The translations under genes were made by a program, and so were the position numbers. The notes beneath the pieces were generated by a model. The model did not search any database and was not told the DNA's origin. It saw only the letters and a list, made by a program, of their open reading frames with translations. A stretch of 62,026 nucleotides of DNA, the filler included. It is 6 parts of 6 records of this genome, joined end to end, with 100 filler letters (N's around TTAATTAATTAA, not from the genome) between each part and the next. Parts side by side here need not be neighbours in the genome. Positions count along the whole stretch, not along the records: positions 36,095 to 43,772 come from SRR31156797_2497; positions 43,873 to 56,158 come from SRR31156797_2510; 4 more parts are not named here. One strand, 5' to 3'. Positions 42,031 to 52,142 of the stretch are shown piece after piece. The number at the start of each line of letters is the position of its first letter. The first letter of the stretch is position 1.

Positions 42031-43107
42031 TCAGTCGATCCAGATCAGGGAGCGCTCCGTCTTTCTGTCGAAGAACTGGAAGCTGCTGTTGTCCATCTTC
42101 AGCCCGATGGTCTGACCGCTGACATGGCGTTCCTTGGGATCGGCCAGAAGGGAGATGTCCTGGTCACCTATCCTGCACTGCAGGAGGTCGTCCCGGCCCA
42201 GGGGTTCTACGATGAGGATCTCCGCCTTGAGCTCGGAGGAGGGATCGATGCTGATGTCCTCGGGCCTGACCCCCAGAACGACATCCGCGTCACCCTTCAG
42301 GGGAATCCTGTCGGGGCTGAGGGGCAGGGTGAAGTAGGGGCACTCGGCGTGGAGGGCGTCGCTCTGCTTCGACAGCGTCACATCGAAAAAGTTCATGGGC
42401 GGGTTGCCTATGAACTGGGCGATAAAGCGGGTGCGCGGCCTCTCATGCAGCTCCAGAGGGGGCATGTAGGCCTGGAGTTTTCCATCCTTGATGACCGCCA
42501 CCTTGTCGGCCATGGTCATAGCCTCCACCTGGTCGTGGGTGACGTAGATGCTGGTGATGCCCAGATCCCTCTGAAGCTTCTTGATCTCGCTCCTCATGGT
42601 GATCCGGAGACGGGCGTCCAGGTTGGAAAGGGGCTCGTCGAAGAGCAGCAGCTCGGGCTTCTTGATCAGGGCCCGCCCCAGGGCGACCCTCTGCTGCTGG
42701 CCTCCCGAGAGCTGCCCCGGTTTGCGGTCCAGCAGGGCTTCGATGCCGAGAAGTTCGGCGACCCGCCCGGCCTCGGCCTTCATCTCCGCCATGGGCCTTT
42801 TTTTCAGCTTCATGGAGAAGGCCATGTTCTCGAATACCGACATGTGGGGGTAGAGGGCGTAGCTCTGGAACACCATACCGATATTCCTGTCCTTGGGCTG
42901 GACCTTGTTCACCAGGCGGTCGCCGAAGTAGATCTCCCCCCCGTCGGGCTTGTAGATCCCGGCGGTCATCAGAAGGGTCGTGGTTTTTCCGCATCCCGAG
43001 GGACCCAGAAAGGCAACGAACTCGCCGTCCTTTATGTGGAGATTCATCTCGTCAACGGCCTTGGCCTCGCCGAATTTCTTAGTCAGGTTCTGTAATCTTA
43101 CTTCCAT
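42031..43107 (-). CDS. Carbohydrate ABC transporter ATP-binding protein (MalK/MsmX-like)
   Basis: [38 protein letters not shown]; true start MEVRLQN at 43107 with an AAAGGA SD. Confidence 0.92.
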   Translation of the reverse strand: MEVRLQNLTKKFGEAKAVDEMNLHIKDGEFVAFLGPSGCGKTTTLLMTAGIYKPDGGEIYFGDRLVNKVQPKDRNIGMVFQSYALYPHMSVFENMAFSMKLKKRPMAEMKAEAGRVAELLGIEALLDRKPGQLSGGQQQRVALGRALIKKPELLLFDEPLSNLDARLRITMRSEIKKLQRDLGITSIYVTHDQVEAMTMADKVAVIKDGKLQAYMPPLELHERPRTRFIAQFIGNPPMNFFDVTLSKQSDALHAECPYFTLPLSPDRIPLKGDADVVLGVRPEDISIDPSSELKAEILIVEPLGRDDLLQCRIGDQDISLLADPKERHVSGQTIGLKMDNSSFQFFDRKTERSLIWID

Positions 43108-43178
43108 GTTGTTTTGTTCCTTTCGTCCTACCGGGGCTTCGCGCTCGCCCCGGTGGTTTTCTCGTACAGGATCAGGGC

Positions 43179-43772
43179 CTATACGCCGCCGTGGCTGCCG
43201 CCACTGAATATTCTCATCAGGTATTTCTGGGTGAATGTGTAGAACAGCAGGATGGGGATCAGCTGAAACAGTCCGATCGCCGCCAGTATGCCGTACTGGA
43301 TCGATACGGTATCGCTGCTCATCATCGCGTTCAGGTAGGTGGAGAGCACCGCCTTGTTCCCCTTGGTCAGGAAGGTGTAGGGGATCAGGAAGGAGCTCCA
43401 TCCGGTCATAAACGAGAAGATGGACAGGGCCGCCAGACCGGGCTTGATCTGGGGCATCATGATCTGGCGCCAGCACCTCCAGCGGGAGCATCCGTCGATC
43501 AGGGCCGCCCGCTCGAGATCCCAGGAAACGCCGTCGAAGAAGCCCTTCATCAGCCAGATCCCCAGGGGCAGCTGGAGGGCTATGCTGACCAGGACGACGC
43601 CGCCGATGGTGTTGTATCCGAACAGAAAGCCCAGGACGGGAACGCCCGAGATGAAGCGGAGCACGAAGTAGATGGCGATCAGCAGGGTGACGCTGGGGAA
43701 GGCGTGGAGGATCAGGGTCATGGACAGGAGGGACTTCCTGCCCCTGAAGTTGATCCTGGACAGGGCGTAGCC
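43179..43772 (-). CDS. Carbohydrate ABC transporter permease (5' truncated)
   Basis: EAA motif LERAALIDGCSRW; multiple TM segments. Confidence 0.88.
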   Translation of the reverse strand, partial: GYALSRINFRGRKSLLSMTLILHAFPSVTLLIAIYFVLRFISGVPVLGFLFGYNTIGGVVLVSIALQLPLGIWLMKGFFDGVSWDLERAALIDGCSRWRCWRQIMMPQIKPGLAALSIFSFMTGWSSFLIPYTFLTKGNKAVLSTYLNAMMSSDTVSIQYGILAAIGLFQLIPILLFYTFTQKYLMRIFSGGSHGGV

Positions 43773-43872
43773 NNNNNNNNNNNNNNNNNNNNNNNNNNNN
43801 NNNNNNNNNNNNNNNNTTAATTAATTAANNNNNNNNNNNNNNNNNNNNNNNNNNNNNNNNNNNNNNNNNNNN
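43773..43872. other. Artificial contig linker
   Basis: N run with TTAATTAATTAA; GC drops sharply. Confidence 0.98.
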
Positions 43873-44015
43873 AGTGAAAGTTTATAAAATATAGGTGGGA
43901 AATGTGGATTTATTTTATATTTCAACTAAAGTAACTTTTTTAGCTTTTTTCTTTTTCTTCAAAATACTCTTTTTTTCTTTGTCATACTAAAACTTTGGAA
44001 CTTTTTCTTCATACA

Positions 44016-44282
44016 TTAAGGAAAATATTTATATATTTCTTTTCTATGTTTTACTGTCTCAATAATGACATAATCATTCTCTTTTTTAAGACCCACCCTA
44101 TAATCTCCAAATCTTATTTTAAAATAATTTTGATATCCAGTCATTTTTTCAACTTTACCTATTTCACTTAAATTGTCATAAGTTGGCATAATATCAAAAA
44201 CAAATTCTTCAATTTTTTGAGCATATTCATTTGGCAGTTTTGAAAGTTCTTTTAAAAACCTCTTTCTATATTCAATTTTCAT
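44016..44282 (-). CDS. RelE/ParE-family toxin
   Basis: 88 aa, basic; KIRFGDYRVG...VKHRKEIY. Confidence 0.88.
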   Translation of the reverse strand: MKIEYRKRFLKELSKLPNEYAQKIEEFVFDIMPTYDNLSEIGKVEKMTGYQNYFKIRFGDYRVGLKKENDYVIIETVKHRKEIYKYFP

Positions 44283-44287
44283 AGATA

Positions 44288-44506
44288 TTATGAATCTTGA
44301 TTTTCTTTCAGTGATTTGTAGTATTCTTTTGCATCTTGTAAAGATAAAGTTTCATCTTCTTCATTTTCTTCCATAAGTTTATACAATGCAAAGTTTTCAA
44401 GAGTTTCTGTAATCTGCTCATAAGTTTTTATATCTAATTGAACAGCTATTTTATGGTTTTCATCATCTACAATATAGTTTGGATTTATACACATAAGATT
44501 CTCCAA
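44288..44506 (-). CDS. Cognate antitoxin (acidic, RelB-like)
   Basis: YIVDDENHKIAVQLDIKTYE pattern, acidic C-terminus, 5 bp upstream of the toxin; start could be ATG 44494. Confidence 0.75.
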   Translation of the reverse strand: MENLMCINPNYIVDDENHKIAVQLDIKTYEQITETLENFALYKLMEENEEDETLSLQDAKEYYKSLKENQDS

Positions 44507-44604
44507 TATTTATTTCAAACTATTGTAACATAACTTCAAAGGTGTTTCACTTAATACTCTATAATAACTTCAACGCTCTTGTTATCATAAATAAAATTTA
44601 GATA

Positions 44605-45069
44605 TTAGATTTTTCTAGCAATATTACCTTCTTGAATACCTCTTTCATTAACTGAAATATTTATTGTTATTGGTTTTTCTTCTATAATTGTCTCAATTTC
44701 CTCATTGTTTTTGTTCCTATCAAGAAAATCCTTAACTAACATACTACTCATACTACTTTCAAACAGATCATATTCATAGTCTATATTTTTTGTCGTAGTA
44801 TTTTTTTTAATAGTTCTTCTTATGTTTCTATCTGTCTCAGTTTTTGTTTCAAAACTTTCCAACAATGTAATTTTATCTTGTATGTTATAAACTTTCATTT
44901 TCAATTTTGGTATTTCTAAGAAACCTAAACTTTCTTTACTATCAGGATCAAACAACTCTTCACCTTGTTCAAAAATCATAAATATATCATCTTTACTAAT
45001 ACCATCAACAGAACCTTTATTTACAGCAACTTTAAACTTATCAACAATTTTTACTACTTTTGCTTCCAT
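44605..45069 (-). CDS. Hypothetical protein, FlgT-C-like beta-barrel
   Basis: VAVNKGSVDGI...GEELFDPDSKESLG pattern. Confidence 0.6.
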   Translation of the reverse strand: MEAKVVKIVDKFKVAVNKGSVDGISKDDIFMIFEQGEELFDPDSKESLGFLEIPKLKMKVYNIQDKITLLESFETKTETDRNIRRTIKKNTTTKNIDYEYDLFESSMSSMLVKDFLDRNKNNEEIETIIEEKPITINISVNERGIQEGNIARKI

Positions 45070-45070
45070 A

Positions 45071-45580
45071 TTATTCTATCTCCATTAATTGACTAAGTTC
45101 ATCTCTATTAATTTGAAGACTAAAGTAAACTTCTCTACTCTTACTTTCATTTTTATTTTTGAGAAGAAACCTTATATGACATATCTTTTGTTCTTTTTGA
45201 ATATGTTCAATTAAACCAATACCTATAAATCTTTCTACTTTATCTTTATCAAAATAATATACTTTTACAACATCACCATAATTGAAATTAACATTTGATT
45301 TATTTAAGAACACTTCTCCTTTTCCTGCATTTTTGTTCAAATCAATTAATTTCAACTGATTAAAGTTATATATTTTCTCATTATTTCTCATAAGTTCCAT
45401 ACTAAGCCCAAATAAAATACTTATTATAATCAAAGATAAAAAAACTAAGAAAAGCAACCATTTAATTGAAATTAATTGATTAATATCAACAAATAATGTA
45501 ACAACTGCCGATAAAAAACCTAATACTCCTATTAAAACTGCTAAAAGATGTTTTTTGAAATATTCTATAGTTAATTTCAT
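45071..45580 (-). CDS. Hypothetical 2-TM protein
   Basis: Two N-terminal hydrophobic helices and a beta-rich C-terminus; 1 bp from the next gene. Confidence 0.65.
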   Translation of the reverse strand: MKLTIEYFKKHLLAVLIGVLGFLSAVVTLFVDINQLISIKWLLFLVFLSLIIISILFGLSMELMRNNEKIYNFNQLKLIDLNKNAGKGEVFLNKSNVNFNYGDVVKVYYFDKDKVERFIGIGLIEHIQKEQKICHIRFLLKNKNESKSREVYFSLQINRDELSQLMEIE

Positions 45581-45616
45581 TTAAAATTCCAGTTTTTATA
45601 ATATTTAACAATTGCC

Positions 45617-45718
45617 AAAATTAAAAGTTTGCTTTAGATTGTGCTAGACTCAGATGAAGATGTACTAGAAGTACCTCGAATCTGTGTCTAGTGCAAGATG
45701 AAGTAAAATTTTAATTTT
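45617..45718. repeat. About 100-bp imperfect palindrome (REP/MITE-like) abutting the guaA stop
   Basis: AAAATTAAAA/TTTTAATTTT outer arms, CTAGAC-CAGAT/ATCTG-GTCTAG inner arms, apical GTACT-AGA-AGTAC. Confidence 0.65.
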
Positions 45719-47256
45719 TACTCCCACTCAATTGTTGCTGGTGGTTTTGATGATATATCATATACCACTCTATTAATCCCATCAACCTCATTAATAATCC
45801 TTCTACTCATCACTTCAAGGATATCATGTGGAATATGTGCAAATGTCGCAGTCATCCCATCTATTGCATTAACAATTCTTATACAAGCTGTATTATCATA
45901 GGTTCTATTATCACCCATTACACCTACTGATTTTACGTTGAGTAGAACTGTAAATGCTTGCCAAGTTTTATCATACCACCCTGATGCTCTAAGCTCTTCT
46001 AGCATAATTGTATCTGCTTTTCTAAGAATTGTAAGGTCAGCTTCATTTACTTCACCCATGATTCTAATAGCAAGTCCAGGTCCAGGGAATGGATGTCGTC
46101 CGATCATTTGAGATGGAAGTCCAAGTTCTAGTCCTAATTCTCTTACTTCATCTTTAAAGATCTCTCTTAATGGCTCGATAAGTTCAAAGGTCATCCAATC
46201 AGGAAGTCCACCTACATTGTGATGAGATTTAATTGTTTTTGATGGTCCTTTTACTGATACTGATTCAATTACATCTGTGTAAAGTGTCCCTTGTGCTAAG
46301 AACTCTATCCCATCATGTTTTTTTGCTTCTTTATCAAAGACTTCGATAAAAGTTTCACCGATGATCTTTCTTTTTTGTTCTGGATCAGTTACACCAGCTA
46401 GTTTTGTTAAGAATTCATTTGAAGCATCTGCTGTGATAAGGTTAATTCCACGTGATTTAAACATATTTTGTACATCTTCTACTTCATTAGCTCGTAGAAG
46501 TCCATTGTTTACAAACACAGGTATTAGTTGATCTCCAATTGCTTCAGCTAGAAGTGTTGCTACTACTGAGCTATCAACTCCTCCACTTACTCCACAAAGT
46601 ACTTTTTTATCTCCAACTTGCTCTTTGATCTTTTTAATTTGATCTTTTGCAAAATTCCCCATATTCCATGTTTTTTCACATCCACAGATCTGTTTTGCAA
46701 AGTTTGAAAGCATATGTGCACCTTCAACTGAGTGAACTACTTCTGGATGGTATTGAAAAGCATAGATTTTTTTCTCTTCATTTGCGATCGCTGCATATGG
46801 TGAGTTTTCACTTGTACCAATAACTCTAAATCCATCAGGTAAAGCATCTACTCTATCCCCATGAGACATCCATACTGTTTCAAAGTTTGTTACATCTTTA
46901 AAGATTGGACACTCTTCATCTACGATACTAAGCCCTGCTTTTCCATATTCATGATGATCTGCTGGGATCACTGATCCACCAAGATAGTGCGCAATTGTTT
47001 GCATCCCATAACAGATCCCTAAGATCGGTAATCCTAAATTAAACACTTCTGCATCTACTTTATAAGCATCCTGCGCATATACTGAAGCTGGTCCACCACT
47101 TAGAACGATCCCTTTTGGAGTTCTTGCTTTTATATCTTCGATTGATTCATTGTATGGAACGATTTCAGAATAAAATCCACTATTTCTAAGTCTTTTTGAG
47201 ATAAGCTGAGTATATTGACTTCCAAAGTCTAATACAAGTATTGGAACATGTTTCAA
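45718..47256 (-). CDS. guaA: GMP synthase (glutamine-hydrolysing)
   Basis: [46 protein letters not shown]. Confidence 0.97.
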   Translation of the reverse strand: MKHVPILVLDFGSQYTQLISKRLRNSGFYSEIVPYNESIEDIKARTPKGIVLSGGPASVYAQDAYKVDAEVFNLGLPILGICYGMQTIAHYLGGSVIPADHHEYGKAGLSIVDEECPIFKDVTNFETVWMSHGDRVDALPDGFRVIGTSENSPYAAIANEEKKIYAFQYHPEVVHSVEGAHMLSNFAKQICGCEKTWNMGNFAKDQIKKIKEQVGDKKVLCGVSGGVDSSVVATLLAEAIGDQLIPVFVNNGLLRANEVEDVQNMFKSRGINLITADASNEFLTKLAGVTDPEQKRKIIGETFIEVFDKEAKKHDGIEFLAQGTLYTDVIESVSVKGPSKTIKSHHNVGGLPDWMTFELIEPLREIFKDEVRELGLELGLPSQMIGRHPFPGPGLAIRIMGEVNEADLTILRKADTIMLEELRASGWYDKTWQAFTVLLNVKSVGVMGDNRTYDNTACIRIVNAIDGMTATFAHIPHDILEVMSRRIINEVDGINRVVYDISSKPPATIEWE

Positions 47257-47313
47257 ATAAAATCCTTTTATGTTGCTAAAATATAGGCGATTATAGCCAA
47301 AAGTTGGTAAAAA

Positions 47314-48423
47314 TTACGATGCTTGCCAAGAGATGATAATATCTCTAAAAACCTCTGTAAGCTTTTCTACTTCTTCTACTGTTGTTCTCTCTCCAACTGC
47401 ATGGATCGTATCATTTTTTACACCAAACTCTACAGTTGGGATCTTAAATTGACCAAAAAATCTTGCGTCACTAGTCCCTCCTGCTGTACTAAGCTTAGTA
47501 TCAATTCCACAAACCTTTTTTATACTTGTCTGTAAAGCTTTTACTACTTTTGTATCTGAATCAGTGATAAATGGATATGAGCCTTGAGTAAGTTTTAAAC
47601 TATACTCCTGCCCAGCAAACTTTTCATCGATAAACTTTGTGATGCTTGTCTGATCAGTTTTTGTAGAGTTTCGTACATTAAACATCATATTGAGTTTATT
47701 TGGAGTTACATTGGTTACTTGCATCCCTGCTCTTATATCAGTAATTACAAATTGACTTGGTGAAAAAAACTCATCTCCATCATCTAAATTGTATCCTGCG
47801 ATTTGTGGTAAAATAGAAGCAATATTATGTACTGGGTTGATCGCTTTTTCTGGATATGCTGCATGTCCTTGCTTTCCTTTAAGTTCAAAATATCCATTGA
47901 TACTTCCACGTCGCCCTACTTTTATAGCATCTCCAAAGATCTCTTCACATGTTGGCTCAGCTACAATTGCACTTGTCGGTAAAAAGTCTATCTTTTTTAA
48001 ATGTTCTAGTACTTTTACAGTACCATTTATCGCATCTCCCTCTTCATCTGAGGTAAGTAATATAGATAAGGTTCCATTAAAATTCTCAGCATGTTTGCAA
48101 GCATATAAAAAAGCAGCTACTCCACTTTTCATATCTTGTGCACCTCTTGCTGTAATAACTCCATCAATTATATCTGCAGCAAATGGATCTACACTCCACC
48201 CTTCACCAGGAGGAACTACATCAATATGTCCAGCAAAACACAAGTGTTCATCGCTATTCCCTAGCTTTTTAAAATAAACTCTATTTTTTACATCTTCTAT
48301 ATCTAGACGCATCACTTCCCATGAATCTCCTAGATACTCTTCAATAAATTGATAGATCCCTGCATCATTTGGAGTGATAGATTCGTATTGTAATAGTTTT
48401 TGAAAAAGTTCAACAATTTGCAT
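47314..48423 (-). CDS. dapE: Succinyl-diaminopimelate desuccinylase
   Basis: FAGHIDVVP, RGAQDMKSG, TSDEEG, GRRGS, GGTSDARF. Confidence 0.93.
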   Translation of the reverse strand: MQIVELFQKLLQYESITPNDAGIYQFIEEYLGDSWEVMRLDIEDVKNRVYFKKLGNSDEHLCFAGHIDVVPPGEGWSVDPFAADIIDGVITARGAQDMKSGVAAFLYACKHAENFNGTLSILLTSDEEGDAINGTVKVLEHLKKIDFLPTSAIVAEPTCEEIFGDAIKVGRRGSINGYFELKGKQGHAAYPEKAINPVHNIASILPQIAGYNLDDGDEFFSPSQFVITDIRAGMQVTNVTPNKLNMMFNVRNSTKTDQTSITKFIDEKFAGQEYSLKLTQGSYPFITDSDTKVVKALQTSIKKVCGIDTKLSTAGGTSDARFFGQFKIPTVEFGVKNDTIHAVGERTTVEEVEKLTEVFRDIIISWQAS

Positions 48424-48502
48424 ATATATCCTATTTGATTTTTTGGTAATTTTAGCTAAAATCAACTTTCATACTCAAAATATTTTTTAAAGGATAAGAT
48501 TT

Positions 48503-48838
48503 ATGAACTTAGAGGTAACTCCAGAAGTTTTAGTAACACAGTTAAATTTAGGCTTAGGTGAGGCAACACTTAAACAAACACAAACAGCTATTGAGAATAC
48601 AAAGAATTTTGAAAAATTTTCAAAACATATTATCAGCCTAAATGACAAACTCAAACATATGAATGGTTATATTGCTCTTTCAAATACAAACCCATATTTT
48701 AAAATCAAATGTGACAATGAGGAAGAAGAGATTGTAAAAGAGTTTACGGATGAACTGAATCATTGGAGTAATAAATATGAAGTATCACTTCAAAAAGTTG
48801 ATAATAAAGATGTATATTACATTATAGGAAGAGAGTAA
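48503..48838 (+). CDS. Conserved-looking Campylobacterota hypothetical protein
   Basis: 111 aa with an AAAGGA SD; no assignable motif. Confidence 0.65.
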   Translation: MNLEVTPEVLVTQLNLGLGEATLKQTQTAIENTKNFEKFSKHIISLNDKLKHMNGYIALSNTNPYFKIKCDNEEEEIVKEFTDELNHWSNKYEVSLQKVDNKDVYYIIGRE

Positions 48839-48859
48839 TCTTTTCTAAGAGTACAGTGA

Positions 48860-49384
48860 TTAACTGTACTCTTTCTTAAACTCCACATACCTTGCAGCAT
48901 GCTCAATCAATCCAGATACTTCTTCCTCGGATAATGTTCGTACCACTTTAGCAGGACTACCCATGATCATAGAATGAGGTGGAAATACTTTATTTGCAGT
49001 TACTAGTGAATTTGCCCCTACGATACTTCCCTCTCCAATCACTGCACCATCTAAAATAGTTGCACTCATACCTATTAAACATCCATCTTCTATGGTACAT
49101 CCATGAAGCATCACCTTATGTCCTATTGTTACATCATTTCCTATGATAGTAGGGTTTCCATCAGACATATCCTCTTTTTTATAGTGCGTTACATGAACCA
49201 TACTTAGATCTTGGATAGAGGTTCTATCACCTATCTCTATTTTATGCACGTCTCCTCTAATAACTGTACCAAACCAGATAGAGCTATCTTCTCCAATTTT
49301 TACATTTCCAATAATATCTGCACTTGGTGCTACCCATGCGGATGGTGCAATTTTTGGAAACCACTCTTTAAACTTTAATATCAT
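48860..49384 (-). CDS. Gamma-carbonic anhydrase family protein (YrdA-like)
   Basis: Hexapeptide repeats, RGDV, IQD, His ligands (VHV, IGH, LHG). Confidence 0.9.
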   Translation of the reverse strand: MILKFKEWFPKIAPSAWVAPSADIIGNVKIGEDSSIWFGTVIRGDVHKIEIGDRTSIQDLSMVHVTHYKKEDMSDGNPTIIGNDVTIGHKVMLHGCTIEDGCLIGMSATILDGAVIGEGSIVGANSLVTANKVFPPHSMIMGSPAKVVRTLSEEEVSGLIEHAARYVEFKKEYS

Positions 49385-51975
49385 TTTTCATCCTTTTTCC
49401 CATTATACTGGACAATCATCGGTTCACTAAAATTTGGTACATTATCATAAGTAAATACTGCGTAAAACTTACTAATATTTGGATTTCCAAAGTCATCAAA
49501 AGTATAATTATCTGGACCTCCATATATCTTTGTACCATCAAGATGATTTCTAGGTTTTCTAAATCTATTTCTTACTACAAATGATCCTACAAAATCTTTA
49601 TCTTCTGGATTGTCCCATATGAGTTTTACCCTATTTTTTTCTACTTTTGCTTCTAGATTTGAAACTGGTGCTACTGGCTCTTTTCTTCTTTTGATATATT
49701 TTACTACCAGTTTTACACCATTTTTATCATCTTCTCCACTCCAGTCAACAATATGGTTTTTCAAATCAGATGCCGTTGCTTTTATAATAAATTTAGCACT
49801 TTTTCCCTCATCATGAATCTTTTCTAAAGCAAGTTTTGAATAATAATCAAAAATAAACTTATGAGTTTTATTTTTTTGAATATCCACACGACTTACTTCA
49901 TATCCAATAAACTCTATTCGCTCACGATTTTGAATCGACTCATAGGTGATATCTCCCACATCTACAAACTCCACATTATATCTAATATCTTGTGCTGTTT
50001 TAGGAATATTTTTGTTTTTTATCTGAATATAACTCTCGGTGATAATAGTCTCTTTTGGATCAGGAAGCAAGCTTAGATCAAACTCCATCAGTCCATATAT
50101 TTTAGAGTTATTTGCATCAAATCCACATGAAAGATTCTCTTCATCTATTTTATCTGTATAGACACTTACTGTTTTTGTTGATTCTATCACCACTTCTGTA
50201 CTTGGCATCGTATATTTTATATCAATATTTGGTCGATAATGAAGTCCTCCCCCAAAGTTTCCATATCCAAGGTCAAACATCATCATTTGAGAATCTCTTC
50301 CCATAGGAAGCTCAGTTGGTCCACTTATTTTAAAAAGTACTTTCCCCTCTTCTAAATAGTTTTGTAAGATACCTTTTTCAGTATCATTAAAATCCCAATG
50401 GCTCCAGATCCCTTGTGTTAATTGCTCAGATGGGAGACTTTGTCCTAAAGTTTCCACCACTTCAGCATTATGGATCTGATGATAATCTGTAATTTCAGCT
50501 ACACTATCTCTATCTACAAAAGAGATACTCCACTCACCATATTTTTCTATTTTTGCATTTACTCTATTTAAAGGGTATAAAGAGATCCTTGCTTCTTTAA
50601 TAATTGCATTTTTAGGAATCCCTTCAAGATTAAACTGCAGTACTCCATAACTGATCCCTTTTGTCTCATTGACTCCTATAAATAAAGAGTTGATCCCAAA
50701 GTGTTTTCTATTGGTTTCTAAAAGCTTTTGTGCCACATACCCTACTTCACTTGGATATGGGAAAATAGTTTTACTAAACTCATCAAATTCTAAAAGGGTT
50801 TTGACTTTTGTTTTAGGAGCGAAAGGAGATTTTATCCCTGTGAGATTATTTACTGCCCGTATAAAATAGTAATATGCTGTACCACTTTCAAGCTGAATAT
50901 CAGTAAAGCTGTTATTATACGTTTCCCCTACTAGTGTAGCTTCATTACACGCTTCTTTGTTTTCTCTATTTCTGAAGATCTGAAAATAGATATCTTTAGA
51001 ATTTGGTTCATAGTTCCATGAGAGTGTTGCTTCATGGGAAGTAAATGATTCAATATGAAAATTACTCACTCTTTTTGGGGCATTTTTCGAATAGTTTTGT
51101 GCTTCCCCTAAAGCTTTTAACAGTGCTGGGATATTTTCATCGATACTCTCTTTCATGTTTTGCATAAAATCAGGAATATTTCTCGTTCCAACTTCTACAA
51201 CTGAAGCAATGATCCCTTTTGAATAATAATACTCTCTTCCACTACCACTGATAAGTTTTGTGGGTGGTTTTCCCCGATGTATTCCATATCTTCTTCCTGT
51301 AACTTTTCTTATTTCATAGTTCATATTGGCACATAAAGCATTAAGATCTGTTCCATCCACTTCTGATTCGTGGTTAAATTTGTGAGCTGGGAAAAATACA
51401 TTTCCTTGTGAGTGATAATCTAGTGCAATAGTAATATTATCTCTACTATCCACAAACTCCTTGATAGATCTAGTCTCAGGCTCACTAAATGGCTCTGGTC
51501 CACTGTAAACATTTGAAGCAGTATCTTTATTTTTACTATATCCTACACTAAAGTTTCTATTGAGATCAACTCCAAAAGTTCCATCACCATTATCTCGTCT
51601 ATTTTTTCTCCAAAATGAAAAATGGGTTCTACTATACTCAAACCCATCTGGATTTAAACATGGAACAATATATAAGGTATTTTTAGTGAGTGTCCGTAAA
51701 ACTCTAGGGTTTGAACTATAATGAGTGAGTAAGTATTCTATAAAAGAAACTGCCAGCTCATTTCCTATCCACTCTCTTGCATGAATAGTCCCAGTAAAAA
51801 GCATAGCAGGTTTTAGATCAGCATTCTCCACATTTAAAGAGATGGTTGCTAACATAATATCTCTATCTTCCCATGTTTTACCAATACTTTGAATCGTAAT
51901 AAGATCTGGGTATTTGATAACACACTCTTTTAAAAACTCGCATGTTTGTGCATAAGATTTATATTGTTGTTTCAT
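49381..51975 (-). CDS. M14 zinc carboxypeptidase with FN3-like and beta-rich C-terminal domains
   Basis: IHAREW, NPDG, WRKNR, GVDLNRNF, DYHS; FN3-like segments near aa 300 and aa 770. Confidence 0.85.
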   Translation of the reverse strand: MKQQYKSYAQTCEFLKECVIKYPDLITIQSIGKTWEDRDIMLATISLNVENADLKPAMLFTGTIHAREWIGNELAVSFIEYLLTHYSSNPRVLRTLTKNTLYIVPCLNPDGFEYSRTHFSFWRKNRRDNGDGTFGVDLNRNFSVGYSKNKDTASNVYSGPEPFSEPETRSIKEFVDSRDNITIALDYHSQGNVFFPAHKFNHESEVDGTDLNALCANMNYEIRKVTGRRYGIHRGKPPTKLISGSGREYYYSKGIIASVVEVGTRNIPDFMQNMKESIDENIPALLKALGEAQNYSKNAPKRVSNFHIESFTSHEATLSWNYEPNSKDIYFQIFRNRENKEACNEATLVGETYNNSFTDIQLESGTAYYYFIRAVNNLTGIKSPFAPKTKVKTLLEFDEFSKTIFPYPSEVGYVAQKLLETNRKHFGINSLFIGVNETKGISYGVLQFNLEGIPKNAIIKEARISLYPLNRVNAKIEKYGEWSISFVDRDSVAEITDYHQIHNAEVVETLGQSLPSEQLTQGIWSHWDFNDTEKGILQNYLEEGKVLFKISGPTELPMGRDSQMMMFDLGYGNFGGGLHYRPNIDIKYTMPSTEVVIESTKTVSVYTDKIDEENLSCGFDANNSKIYGLMEFDLSLLPDPKETIITESYIQIKNKNIPKTAQDIRYNVEFVDVGDITYESIQNRERIEFIGYEVSRVDIQKNKTHKFIFDYYSKLALEKIHDEGKSAKFIIKATASDLKNHIVDWSGEDDKNGVKLVVKYIKRRKEPVAPVSNLEAKVEKNRVKLIWDNPEDKDFVGSFVVRNRFRKPRNHLDGTKIYGGPDNYTFDDFGNPNISKFYAVFTYDNVPNFSEPMIVQYNGKKDEK

Positions 51976-52142
51976 GTTTTTTAGTTTCCTATAAAGATAT
52001 TATAAATTTTCGCGTATTGTAACGAAAAAGTTGTCAAAGCAAACTAAATACACTTTTGTGAATAACAAAATTGTAACTTTTAGAGTTACAGAATCTTAAA
52101 ACTGTTTCGCTATAATCTCTTTTCATAATCTAGGAGTACTTT

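Noticed and set aside
43108-43491. 127-aa N-terminal extension of the ABC ATPase in the ORF track
   Set aside because: It overlaps the permease in another frame; the SD and family start point to ATG 43107.
36283-43820. Long plus-strand ORFs (302, 331, 397, 209 aa etc.) in the GC-rich contig
   Set aside because: Antisense shadows of clear minus-strand genes, expected in high-GC DNA, with no recognisable motifs.
43873-44015. Short lysine-rich reading frames after the RelE-like toxin
   Set aside because: Interrupted by stops, low complexity and cut by the contig end; cannot be called a gene or pseudogene.
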